Origin: a virus
IMG/VR virus record: IMGVR_UViG_3300023284_001411
Span: 11,453-75,452 of that record
Strand: one strand, 5' to 3'
Length of the DNA: 64,000 nt
Below, one piece after another: positions 28,895 through 37,478 of this stretch. Made by a program: the position numbers and the translations under genes. A model generated the notes under the pieces. That model was not told where the DNA came from and ran no database searches. It saw nothing but the letters and a program-made list of their open reading frames with translations. Numbering within the stretch: the stretch's first letter is position 1; every line of letters starts with the position of its first letter.

Positions 28895-29169
28895 ACCTGG
28901 TACTCCACGACGCGCTCGCGTCCGATGCCGTCGACAGTGTGGACCGCACGGCGGGCGCCGCGCTTCAGGTCCGCGATGACCCGCTGGAAGCCGTGCCTCC
29001 GGAGGTCCTCCAGGATGCTCCCGGGCGTCGGGCCGTCGGACACCTTCCAGCCGCGGAGCTCCGAGGCAGTGGCGGGGGTTTGGGTCAGTAGGTTACTCAT
29101 TTCCTCTCCTTTCAAAGTTGCCTCCCGGAGGGTGCCCACCTCCGGGAGACGTCCGAGCTTCCTTGGTGC

Positions 29170-29216
29170 TTAACACTGAAGCTTACCACCCTCCGGCGGG
29201 GTGTCAAGTGACAAAA
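29170..29216 (-). promoter_or_regulatory. Early promoter copy 1
   Basis: TTTTGTCAC-TTGACA-N16-TAAGCT-TCAGTGTTAA. Confidence 0.7.
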
Positions 29217-29399
29217 TTGGGCTGTACACAAAGCGGATATTGTTTGTCGCCAGGAGCTCGATAAGTTCGCGGACGGTCATATCCAGGAGGGAGACACCCC
29301 TCGTGGGCTCGCCGCTGGCCGCTCGGACCGCAGCCCCGAGGGAGCAGATCGTCTCCGCCTGGGCTGCGCAGAAGAGCCTCCGTCGCCATTGTGGGTCCA

Positions 29400-29588
29400 T
29401 TACAGGCTGCCGTAGTGGCTCAGGACGATCCCGAAGAACACCTCCCAGGGGACGGTATGGGAGCCGCGCTTGTTCTTGATCCGGACGGTAATGCCCTTGT
29501 CATTGTGGACCTGGACGACGTACTCCCGGGTTGGCATGCCCTTGATGGAGCTCTTCATCTTGACGTCGAAATTCGCAAGTTGCCTCAT
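29400..29588 (-). CDS. Hypothetical protein
   Basis: Coupled small ORF. Confidence 0.5.
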   Translation of the reverse strand: MRQLANFDVKMKSSIKGMPTREYVVQVHNDKGITVRIKNKRGSHTVPWEVFFGIVLSHYGSL

Positions 29589-29977
29589 CGGGGGTTCCTT
29601 TCTACAAGGCGTAATTTTGATACGGGTTTGGACTCGTCCAGCTGGTAAGGGTCCCAGGACTGCGGCGCCTCGTCCAGGAGGCGCGCCCCCTTCCGGAGGC
29701 GGTCGTAGTAGGCGGCGATGCGGTCAGCGACCACAGCCCGCTCCCCAAGGTCGAAGACCTCGAGCCCCTCAAGCTGCGGCGCCGGCCGACCGAAGATCTC
29801 CCGGAGCTTTTCGAGCCCCTTTCGAATGAATCGTGATGATGGAGTTGACATCAGAAATCTCCTTGGGTTAAAAGAGCTGCGGTACCAACAGGGGACGCTT
29901 TGTGGTTCCCAGGTTTCCCTGAGTTGGGGTCCGAAAATCCCTGAACGCTTTCGCGCTCGACCCCTACCGCAGACTCT

Positions 29978-30307
29978 TTATTTGTTCACCATGTGATAAA
30001 CGACATTGCCAAGCTTGTCGCAGTGGACGTATGAGGCGGTCTCTTCGACGCGGATGGTTTGATCCTTGGCCCGGCGGGTGGGGATCCGCAGACGGCGGAC
30101 GGTGTAGGTGTCATTCAGTTCGAGGGTGATCTGGATGAAGTGCGACCGACCCTTGAGAACCGTCCCGGTGACGCGGACGTCGAAGTCGTCGTCGGCAACT
30201 CCGGCCACAAAGCTCGCGTCTCTCCAGCCGCAGGACATCCGGGTCAGGGCGGGGATCTGTGCGATCATCGTCCGGGCCTTGGTGGTGACTTCTTCGGTTC
30301 TCGTCAT
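29978..30307 (-). CDS. Hypothetical early protein
   Basis: First gene after promoter copy 2; AAGGAG SD; ITLELNDTYTV motif. Confidence 0.65.
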   Translation of the reverse strand: MTRTEEVTTKARTMIAQIPALTRMSCGWRDASFVAGVADDDFDVRVTGTVLKGRSHFIQITLELNDTYTVRRLRIPTRRAKDQTIRVEETASYVHCDKLGNVVYHMVNK

Positions 30308-30333
30308 GGTTCTCTCCTTGGTGGTGGTTGCTC

Positions 30334-30382
30334 TTAACACTGAAGAGTACAACACCCGCCCCCGGGTGTCAAGTGACAAAAA
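30334..30382 (-). promoter_or_regulatory. Early promoter copy 2
   Basis: TTTTGTCAC-TTGACA-N17-TACTCT-TCAGTGTTAA. Confidence 0.75.
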
Positions 30383-30385
30383 GTG

Positions 30386-30622
30386 TCACTCGTCGCCGAA
30401 ATCGAAGTGCAGAATGATGGTGCCGCTCTGTAGGTTCTTCGGCTCCTCGACGATGTCAAGAAGGCGGTAAGGCCATTCTCCTTTAACTTGATGTTCCACG
30501 TTGGCCTTTTTCACTCGTTCCTCGGCCTTCTCTCGGGCCTCAATCCCTGAAGGCGCGAGGACCAAGACCTCTCCGTCGTAGGGCGATCCGCCCGTGACAC
30601 CGAATTTGTACAGTTTCCTCAT
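30386..30622 (-). CDS. Hypothetical protein
   Basis: Start MRKLYK after GGAGG SD. Confidence 0.55.
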   Translation of the reverse strand: MRKLYKFGVTGGSPYDGEVLVLAPSGIEAREKAEERVKKANVEHQVKGEWPYRLLDIVEEPKNLQSGTIILHFDFGDE

Positions 30623-30818
30623 CTTGCCTCCTTCATGACGGCGGTATAGGTGCTTCCGACGAAACCGGTCTTCCCGTCCGTGCTCTCGGTGAGAGCGTTG
30701 ACGGCCTCTCCCAGCTTGGCTCCTGCGAGGGCCAGAAGGGCCATCAGGGCGACGAGTACGATGGTCTTCTTCACGGGTCTTTACCTCCCTGCGGTTAGTA
30801 GTGCGGTCTTCATACAGT

Positions 30819-31064
30819 TCAGTATACACTTATCCTGGGGATGTGCAAATCCCGCTGGTTTAAGCTTTCCCAGAATTTTTTCCAACCGATTCGGTAGGCT
30901 TCCTGGGTCATCGCAGTCGCCGGGGTGCGGTCGGGCTCGCAGGGTAGTCCCTTCCAGGCGTGCCGGGTCCCTCGAGCGTATCCGATGAGGAAGTCCAGGC
31001 GGTCTTCGGTGCTGTGGAGCTCGCGGTAGCAGGACTCCTGCTTGGCTCGGTCGTCAATCTTCAT
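30819..31064 (-). CDS. Hypothetical protein
   Basis: AYRIGW motif; ATGA overlap. Confidence 0.5.
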   Translation of the reverse strand: MKIDDRAKQESCYRELHSTEDRLDFLIGYARGTRHAWKGLPCEPDRTPATAMTQEAYRIGWKKFWESLNQRDLHIPRISVY

Positions 31065-31198
31065 CGAAAAAGTTTCCCCAGTAGGCGGCCTGTAAACTTG
31101 CCCGCCAGGCGGCGCCCGACGCGGCGCCCGACGCGGTCCTTTTTGACTGCTTGAAAGTCGCCCAGTAACCGAGCAAAAAGATAAAGGAACGATCTCAT
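31061..31198 (-). CDS. Small basic protein (45 aa)
   Basis: MRSFLYLFARLLGDFQAVKKDRVGRRVGRRLAGKFTGRLLGKLFR, AAGGAG SD; below the ORF track cutoff. Confidence 0.6.
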   Translation of the reverse strand: MRSFLYLFARLLGDFQAVKKDRVGRRVGRRLAGKFTGRLLGKLFR

Positions 31199-31327
31199 TT
31201 TTTCTCCTTGGTGTAGGTTACAGTCCGAGGGCATATCCTGCAGAGATCAGCAATGCGAACATGATGGCGGCGTAAATTATTAATCCCTTCATGACTTTCT
31301 CTCCTTGGTTCGTGGTGGTGGTTTTCG

Positions 31328-31374
31328 TTACAGTGAAGAATACGACTTTTTTCGTAGACGTCAACTGACAAAAA
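31328..31374 (-). promoter_or_regulatory. Early promoter copy 3
   Basis: TTTTGTCAG-TTGACG-N16-TATTCT-TCACTGTAA. Confidence 0.7.
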
Positions 31375-31376
31375 TT

Positions 31377-31776
31377 GTCATGTCGTGCCATGCCTATTCG
31401 CGCCGCGACATGTCGTGATTTGCCTGCCGTGTCAGGCCGCTCCGTGTCTTGCCTGCCGTGTCGTGCCCTGTCAAGTCTCACCGTGCCAGGCCCGGGCTTG
31501 TCTCGCCTGCCGTACTGTGCCTAACCAGGCCCGTTCTGGGCGGGCCGTGTCTGGACCTGTCTTGCCTGCTGTGCCGAGTCATGTCTTGTCCTGTCGAGAC
31601 ACGCCTATCCTGCTTTGCCTTGTCAGGTCTGGCCGCGTCAGGCCACGTCTCGCCTGCCGGGTCACGTCTCGCCTCACCCTATCGAGACTTGCCTGCCGTG
31701 CTGTGCCGTATCGCGTCGGGCCCCGCCTCGCCACGCCAAGTCTCGCCTGCCGAGTCGAGCCGAAACGAGCCGAGGT
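31377..31776 (-). repeat. Pentamer-register array (GRC-NN)n with RGCA separators; candidate guide-RNA array
   Basis: About 70 pentamers; eight RGCAGGM separators at 31745, 31691, 31652, 31608, 31564, 31505, 31451, 31422, spacings 54, 39, 44, 44, 59, 54, 29 (all 5n+4). Confidence 0.9.
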
Positions 31777-32250
31777 TTAGCCGATCATTGTTTTCAGAAG
31801 TTCTACCTCCTTGCGTACTCCTTTCAGCTCTTTGAGCTCCGCATACCGGTTTAGAATCCCGAGGAGAAGTCGGTAGGATTCTTCCAAAGCCAGCTTTCGC
31901 AGATCCGGGGATTTTTGGATTTTGTCGGTCGAATAGTATCCTGGACCGTCAGGGGCATTTTTGATGTGAAAGTGGGGGCGAAGCAATCGCTTCGCCCCAT
32001 CTGGTTCTTCGATAACTAAGCGATACGATCGCGACATGTCGGAAGCGACAGAGAGGCGATGCTTGTGGGCCGCGGTGGCGTCGTCCCATGGAAAAGCTTG
32101 ATGAAGAGGGGACGATCTCATGGTCGCTGCTTTCACGATCATTTCTGGCTCGACCTTGCCGTGTTTGTCTCGGAGGCTTTCTATTACCTCACCGGCAACT
32201 TGCGGCGAGACGTTGAACCTTGCGCCAGGGGTCCATTCGTAGGTCTTCAT
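31777..32250 (-). CDS. Conserved phage protein partnering the RAMP-like gene
   Basis: SPLHQAFPWDDATAAHKHRL motif; ATGA-coupled to upstream gene; stop abuts the array. Confidence 0.7.
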   Translation of the reverse strand: MKTYEWTPGARFNVSPQVAGEVIESLRDKHGKVEPEMIVKAATMRSSPLHQAFPWDDATAAHKHRLSVASDMSRSYRLVIEEPDGAKRLLRPHFHIKNAPDGPGYYSTDKIQKSPDLRKLALEESYRLLLGILNRYAELKELKGVRKEVELLKTMIG

Positions 32251-32897
32251 GACTTTTCCTCCAAGACTCGAAATGTGCCCCAGCCGCAGCCGGCGCTGTT
32301 TTTACTGAAAGGACGACCCTCACCGACTCCGATCTGCCTACCAGCTCTGATAAGCAAATTGAGAACATCGACGGGTTGAAACTGGTCCGCATCGAACTCG
32401 ATTGTGACGTTTGCCTGCCAGCCCGGACCCCACATTGGCCGGGCCCGAAGGTCCATGGTTCCGCTTGCAGGGAGAGGAACTGGCAACACGGACATTTTGG
32501 GCTCACCTTTGGTGATTTTCACCATACCGGTCTCATCTTCGTCGAAACCATCGGCGATTGTCACCAAGCTGCACTTCGCAATTGTCATTTTGAATCCGAC
32601 AAGCCTACAGGCGTCGATCATCGCACATCGAAAAGCAGCAGCCGGGATGCCATACCACCCTTCAGTGGATACATGAAGTGCCGCATCGCAGGCCTTTTGG
32701 AAGTCTTTTGGTTCCCGCTTCTTTCCTTTGCGGGCTGTAGAACCTGCCTCTTGTGCTTCTCGTATGGCGTTTCGAGCCTTCTCTGAAAATTTGTTTTGAA
32801 CGTAGGGGGTGGTTCCTTCGATCGTTGCCACGACCCGCTTGATATTCGGGGGTGGGATCACGATGCGACTTTGATCGTTCGTCTTCTTCGTCGTCAT
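32247..32897 (-). CDS. RAMP/Cas7-like RNA-binding protein
   Basis: N-terminal strand ATIEGTTP, YGIPAAAFRCAM helix, ARP, C-terminal Gly-rich loop AGRQIGVGEGRP....GCGWGTFRV. Confidence 0.7.
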   Translation of the reverse strand: MTTKKTNDQSRIVIPPPNIKRVVATIEGTTPYVQNKFSEKARNAIREAQEAGSTARKGKKREPKDFQKACDAALHVSTEGWYGIPAAAFRCAMIDACRLVGFKMTIAKCSLVTIADGFDEDETGMVKITKGEPKMSVLPVPLPASGTMDLRARPMWGPGWQANVTIEFDADQFQPVDVLNLLIRAGRQIGVGEGRPFSKNSAGCGWGTFRVLEEKS

Positions 32898-32981
32898 CTG
32901 TCTACCTCGTGTATGTTAAGGGTTAAAAACTAAACGGCCTTTGTCGTAACCTCCTTTTTATCGGCCTCATGGTCGGTTTTC

Positions 32982-33293
32982 TTATTTATTATGCAACTTC
33001 GATGCCGGTTTCTTCCGGGGGTGTTCGGCCTGGAGGCGGACGATGGCCGCCCTCACGGCTTCCTCGTCGTCCCAGTCCAGGGCCTCGAGCTCCGCCCGGG
33101 TCTCCTTGGCGTCGGCCAGGATCCGTGCCCGTAGGACGACCCGCCCGGTCTCGAGGTGCGTCAAAAGGTATCCCTTACCCCCATCGAGATTTTTATGTAT
33201 GCCGAGGATGCGAGTCTTGGCAACCACGTCCATTTTGACCGTTGGTCCGGCCTTTCCACCATCAATCGGAACAAAACAGTATTCAGCCTTCAT
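32982..33293 (-). CDS. Hypothetical protein
   Basis: YLLTHLETG motif; coupled to primase stop. Confidence 0.55.
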   Translation of the reverse strand: MKAEYCFVPIDGGKAGPTVKMDVVAKTRILGIHKNLDGGKGYLLTHLETGRVVLRARILADAKETRAELEALDWDDEEAVRAAIVRLQAEHPRKKPASKLHNK

Positions 33294-35671
33294 CAGAGTC
33301 CTCCTTCGTCGTCGTTGATCACTTCGGAGCTCGGCCAGGAGTTTCGGCCGTAGTTCTCAACCCAGAAATCCCTGCACTCCTCCAGGGGCGGAAAGACGTA
33401 CCACCACGGCCGCGGAATGCTCATCGTCTTGCCGTCGGACCCCAGCGCCTCGACCGGGCTGGTCCGTTGCTGCCGCTCCGGGAAGTCCCCCGGGCAGATC
33501 TTCTTGAGGAAGCATCCCAGACGGGTGCTATTTGTCCGCCGCCCCGAGGTGAATTGGCGGGTGTAGGAGAAAAAATCATAGATCAGCTGGGCGCAGGGAA
33601 TCTCTGCCACCCACCCATCATCGGTTATCTGAAGACGGCCGTCACAGAGTTTGGTGTACCACCAGTCCTCCTCCGTGGTAAAGCTGTATTGCTTCTGTTG
33701 GTTCAAGGCATCTGTCTTTGGTACTTCGCGGACGTTGAAATTCGAGATATCGTAGACAGTGAGGAAGTGCAAGAGAGCTTCGCGGCCACCGGAGTCGAGC
33801 TGGGCCTGGATTTTTTCGAAGTAGCTGTGATCTTCACGGTTCATGTCGCCAACGTCGAGGACGAAGTATCGCCGAGCGTCGGGTCCGGCAGGGACAACCC
33901 AATCAGCGTTCGATGCCATGATGAGCTTGATGCGATTCGGGGCCATCTCGGCGTTGACATGCTTGGGCTCTATCATTACGGTTTTTTCTGTCACAAGAGT
34001 TTTAAGGACGGACTCATGCTCCTTATCTCCGGCCCAGAAGGCCTCGTCTCCGAACAGGACGGAGCAGTCGCGTAGGTGGGCATTAAAGTTCCCGGTCAGA
34101 TGCTTCGAGTTCGCGACGTGGAGGAAGTGGCAGCCCCAAAGGCTGCCGAAGGCCTCAGCGAAAAAACCCTTCCCAATACCCTCTTTGCCGCGCATGACAA
34201 TGGCAGCATGTCCTTGTGAGCCGGGCTTCTGTATTGCTCGCGCCATCCAGCCCAAGAGGTAATTGTAGTGCTCCTCGTTCTCGCCGCAGACGTTCTTGCG
34301 GACATGCTCCAGGAATAGAGAACAGTCGCCCGGTCTGGCCTCGCAACTAAATCCCCTCCATAGATTATAGGCGTCAGGGTCATCTTGCCCAGGGGCAAAG
34401 ATCAGCGTTTCGAACTGCCGACGATGTGGGTTGTTGAGCCACCACTTGCCCACCGGAGCGAACTGCGGGATTTTGTTCCCCTGCTTGTCCTTCTTCGACT
34501 CCACCTCGACGTACTTATTCATATAACGATTTCGGAAGTCTTCGAAGGTTTGTTTGCTTATACGGGTTCGCTTCATGGATGAATCATAGACCTCAGATAC
34601 AATGCGGCACTTGTCGCCGATGTCCGAGATGACCGCGTGCTTTTCGTTCAGCTTCCGGAGCCATGGATCGATGGCCTCGTCCCGGGCGGTCTCGATCTGT
34701 TTGATGGCGTAGCGCTCGACGCCAGCTCCTTTGTCAAGGACCGACTTGGAGATACCCCATTCGGGGTCGGTGATGACCCCGTAGATCTTCTCGTCCGAGA
34801 CCCCCGCCCGAACGAGATCACAGCATACGCGGAAGAGCACCTCTGATTTGGATGGGTACTTCGTCGGTTCGTCGGGGTCCTCGCCTTGGACGATCAGCAT
34901 CTTGCAGTAGTCGGAGACGTCGTCGCCCAGATCCTCGACGTCGTTGAGCCGCGGGATGTTCCCAGGCACTTGGATGCGGTGTGTAGTGAAGCCCTCGGAC
35001 GCTGGACCCTGGACGGCCGGCGCCTTCGTAAACTGCGCCAGGTCGTAGACCCGTTCGGGGTGCCACTCCACTACCTGGGCGAGAGCGAGTTGCTGACCGC
35101 GTTTTCTTTTTTTTGCGTTCGGCCGGTTGAGGGTTCCCGGGAGTCTCATGACGTGGTCGACGCTGTGGCAACTGTCCGCGTGAAAGAGGAGCTCAAGCTG
35201 GAGATTCCATCGCATGGCTTCCTCAGCCAGCGCCAGGTCACCATTGATCATGAACGACTCGAGGAGTTTCCAGAAGCCCTGATAGCCGCCGCCGGAGTCG
35301 TGTATGCGGGTGGCCGGGGGAATGTCGCCGGGCGGGTCCTGCAGCAAGGCCAGCATCCGCGCTCGCTCCTCGTCGATGTCTTCGCCCGCCTCCGGGTCGA
35401 GGTCGACGTGGAGCCAGGCGAGCTCCTTGACGTCCTCGCGCCTGGCTTTACTCGTCAGATCGCCCATCGTTGGGTTTACGTGGTAGTAAATGTTCCGGGT
35501 CGCCCCTTGCTGGGCGAGCCACGCTGCTATCGACGTGTCGCCCTTGTGGAATGTTTTTGTGGTGATCCCTTTTTGGTCGACCTCAATTGTCGTTAGAATC
35601 CATGGCCCATCGGGAGCCCACTCCTTGAGGAAGTTGATCGCGGTTTTGTAATTTGGTTCTGGTACCATCAA
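33293..35671 (-). CDS. Primase-helicase (RepB-like primase + SF3/DUF5906 helicase)
   Basis: WLHVDLD, SGGGYQGFW, MRLPGTLN; Walker A GKEGIGKG, FGDEA, ASNADW, DARRYF. Confidence 0.9.
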   Translation of the reverse strand: MMVPEPNYKTAINFLKEWAPDGPWILTTIEVDQKGITTKTFHKGDTSIAAWLAQQGATRNIYYHVNPTMGDLTSKARREDVKELAWLHVDLDPEAGEDIDEERARMLALLQDPPGDIPPATRIHDSGGGYQGFWKLLESFMINGDLALAEEAMRWNLQLELLFHADSCHSVDHVMRLPGTLNRPNAKKRKRGQQLALAQVVEWHPERVYDLAQFTKAPAVQGPASEGFTTHRIQVPGNIPRLNDVEDLGDDVSDYCKMLIVQGEDPDEPTKYPSKSEVLFRVCCDLVRAGVSDEKIYGVITDPEWGISKSVLDKGAGVERYAIKQIETARDEAIDPWLRKLNEKHAVISDIGDKCRIVSEVYDSSMKRTRISKQTFEDFRNRYMNKYVEVESKKDKQGNKIPQFAPVGKWWLNNPHRRQFETLIFAPGQDDPDAYNLWRGFSCEARPGDCSLFLEHVRKNVCGENEEHYNYLLGWMARAIQKPGSQGHAAIVMRGKEGIGKGFFAEAFGSLWGCHFLHVANSKHLTGNFNAHLRDCSVLFGDEAFWAGDKEHESVLKTLVTEKTVMIEPKHVNAEMAPNRIKLIMASNADWVVPAGPDARRYFVLDVGDMNREDHSYFEKIQAQLDSGGREALLHFLTVYDISNFNVREVPKTDALNQQKQYSFTTEEDWWYTKLCDGRLQITDDGWVAEIPCAQLIYDFFSYTRQFTSGRRTNSTRLGCFLKKICPGDFPERQQRTSPVEALGSDGKTMSIPRPWWYVFPPLEECRDFWVENYGRNSWPSSEVINDDEGGL

Positions 35672-35985
35672 TGCCCCCAGTAGTCAATCTGCCGCTGCAA
35701 AGAGCCCTTGCCCTTTTCCATGCGGCGAAGTACCGCGTCGTGTAAACCCATGTCCTCGGCTTGCTGCCCTATGCTCTTGCCAATGCGGAGGCGGAGGACG
35801 ATATAATGTTCATGGGGATCGAGGCCGCCGATATCGATGTCGGGACCCTCGACCTCGTCCTGCTCCCAGGCCGCGTAGATGTTTGGCTCTACCTTGTGGT
35901 CCTCCGCCGCCTGCTGAACAGTCGTACCGGTCCGACTGCGAAGGAGGTAAAGCTTCTCGCCGCGGGTCAAGTCTTCCTCGAGCAT
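35668..35985 (-). CDS. Tandem HTH regulator
   Basis: Two XRE-like HTH repeats (QQAAEDH..YAAWE; QQAEDMG..RRMEKG). Confidence 0.65.
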   Translation of the reverse strand: MLEEDLTRGEKLYLLRSRTGTTVQQAAEDHKVEPNIYAAWEQDEVEGPDIDIGGLDPHEHYIVLRLRIGKSIGQQAEDMGLHDAVLRRMEKGKGSLQRQIDYWGH

Positions 35986-36392
35986 CGCCGATCCCTTATG
36001 ACTTGTCGGAATTCCTCTTCATCAAGCCCATCGTACCATACCCAGTCAGCCCAAAGTAAGAGGGACTCCTTGGTTGACTTTCCAACGAATGCGGTAGCGA
36101 CTCCGCCCTCAAATAGAAGCCAATCATTCCCGACTTTCAAGAGGAGGTCCGCGACCCCGCCCGCTTCACAGCGCTTGGTGAGCCAGATCTTCTGGGCCGG
36201 GTTGAAGTGCTCGACGCGGAGGATTGTGTCCGCCCGTTTTGGCCAGGCCGCGACCGACTTGAGCTCGATCCAGCCGCCCGCGTAGTTGACGTCGGGCGTG
36301 CCGGCTCCTCCGACCCCGTTCTCCACACTGACGGCGTGCAGTGGCCGGAGGGCCTTGACTACCTTCTTTCGCATGTTCTGTTCAGAACTCAT
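35967..36392 (-). CDS. PD-(D/E)xK nuclease (VRR-NUC/Holliday junction resolvase-like)
   Basis: GTPDV..WIELK..Q.IWL motif. Confidence 0.8.
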   Translation of the reverse strand: MSSEQNMRKKVVKALRPLHAVSVENGVGGAGTPDVNYAGGWIELKSVAAWPKRADTILRVEHFNPAQKIWLTKRCEAGGVADLLLKVGNDWLLFEGGVATAFVGKSTKESLLLWADWVWYDGLDEEEFRQVIRDRRCSRKT

Positions 36393-36948
36393 GGTAATGC
36401 TCGATGGCCGCCTCCAATGTCCTTCCGTCGCTTTCAAGTCCCGTAGCGAACCAGCCCGGCGTCTTCTGCCGGGCGAAGAGTTCGATTCGCGGATGGTCTC
36501 CGACCAGCTTGATGATGCGGTCTCGGATCTCGGGGGGCTTCGAACTGTGGGGACGAGTGACCGGGGCTGTCACCACTTGCCGCTCAGCGGTGACGATTCT
36601 CTTCAGGCCCTTGCCTTTTCGGCCCAGGAGGACGACCTCGGCGCCGCAGCGACTCCAGAAACCGACACCGCAGAATGGATTCCCGTTTGTGTAGGTCTTA
36701 TTCCAGACGAAGGGCGCCGTCACATACTTGAATCCCCACGCCTTCAAGACGTTGAGGCAGATGTCGATCTTCGGGAACGTCGCCCACAAAAATAGGAGGG
36801 AGTCCTTATCGGCGATCTTGCCGACGTCCCAGCTCGCGATGTCCTCGTCCGTTGCCACCGTGTAGGCGTTCTCAGCCAGCCCGCCGAGCTTGCTTTTGCC
36901 GTTGTTGTAGGACCAGGGCGGGTCGGCGTAGATGATTTTGAACTTCAT
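36382..36948 (-). CDS. MT-A70 family adenine methyltransferase
   Basis: IIYADPPW, LFLWAT, HSSKP, IELFAR. Confidence 0.9.
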   Translation of the reverse strand: MKFKIIYADPPWSYNNGKSKLGGLAENAYTVATDEDIASWDVGKIADKDSLLFLWATFPKIDICLNVLKAWGFKYVTAPFVWNKTYTNGNPFCGVGFWSRCGAEVVLLGRKGKGLKRIVTAERQVVTAPVTRPHSSKPPEIRDRIIKLVGDHPRIELFARQKTPGWFATGLESDGRTLEAAIEHYHEF

Positions 36949-37478
36949 GGTACCACACTTGTTATAAGGTTTGGGGGTGCATAGTGAAGGAAACTTTTCG
37001 TGTATTCAATCTCGCAGAGGATATCCGGCATGGCGCGGTGCTTCACGTCAGGCTGTGGCTTCTCGATGCTCGGGAACATGACGCGGAAGTTATTCGTCTC
37101 GAAGTGTCGGTGATGGAATAGTGCCGCCGTGCGGGGGAGGTGGACCTCGCAGAAGCGACGGTCGAAGGACGGATTCGATCCGGCGAGAGGGAGATTGTAG
37201 AACTTGTTCTGTAGAATCCACTCCCTAAACTCCCGATCGATTCGGCTCCGTATGTGACTCGTGCCGGCACGTTCGCACGCCGCGAAAAGCCCGTTCTCGA
37301 TGTGCATCTTCGCAATGGAGGAATCGAAGGCGGGCAGTGCCTCGTGCCAGATGACACTCTTCCTCGAACCCAGCTGGTTTAGCGTCTGGTCTGTTACCAG
37401 TATCCCGATCTCGAGCAGCTCGTCCTTGTGTTCGTCCAGGCCAGTCGTCTCGACGTCGATCCACATTAGTCGATCCAT
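36945..37478 (-). CDS. Oligoribonuclease-like DEDDh exonuclease
   Basis: MWIDVETTGLD, LAGSNPSFDRRF, HRAMPDI. Confidence 0.85.
   Translation of the reverse strand: MDRLMWIDVETTGLDEHKDELLEIGILVTDQTLNQLGSRKSVIWHEALPAFDSSIAKMHIENGLFAACERAGTSHIRSRIDREFREWILQNKFYNLPLAGSNPSFDRRFCEVHLPRTAALFHHRHFETNNFRVMFPSIEKPQPDVKHRAMPDILCEIEYTKSFLHYAPPNLITSVVP

Noticed and set aside
31107-31136. 12-bp tandem repeat gcggcgcccgac
   Set aside because: Encodes RVGRRVGRR inside a small ORF
31377-31776. Canonical CRISPR array or microsatellite
   Set aside because: No 25-45 nt direct repeats with unique spacers, no cas1/cas2, and the dinucleotides are too diverse for slippage repeats
31385-31854. Plus-strand Cys/Arg/Pro-rich ORFs and the N-terminal part of 31218-31481 (-) over the array
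   Set aside because: Low-complexity products of the 5-nt repeat; a 5-nt period and 5n+4 spacing are incompatible with codon structure
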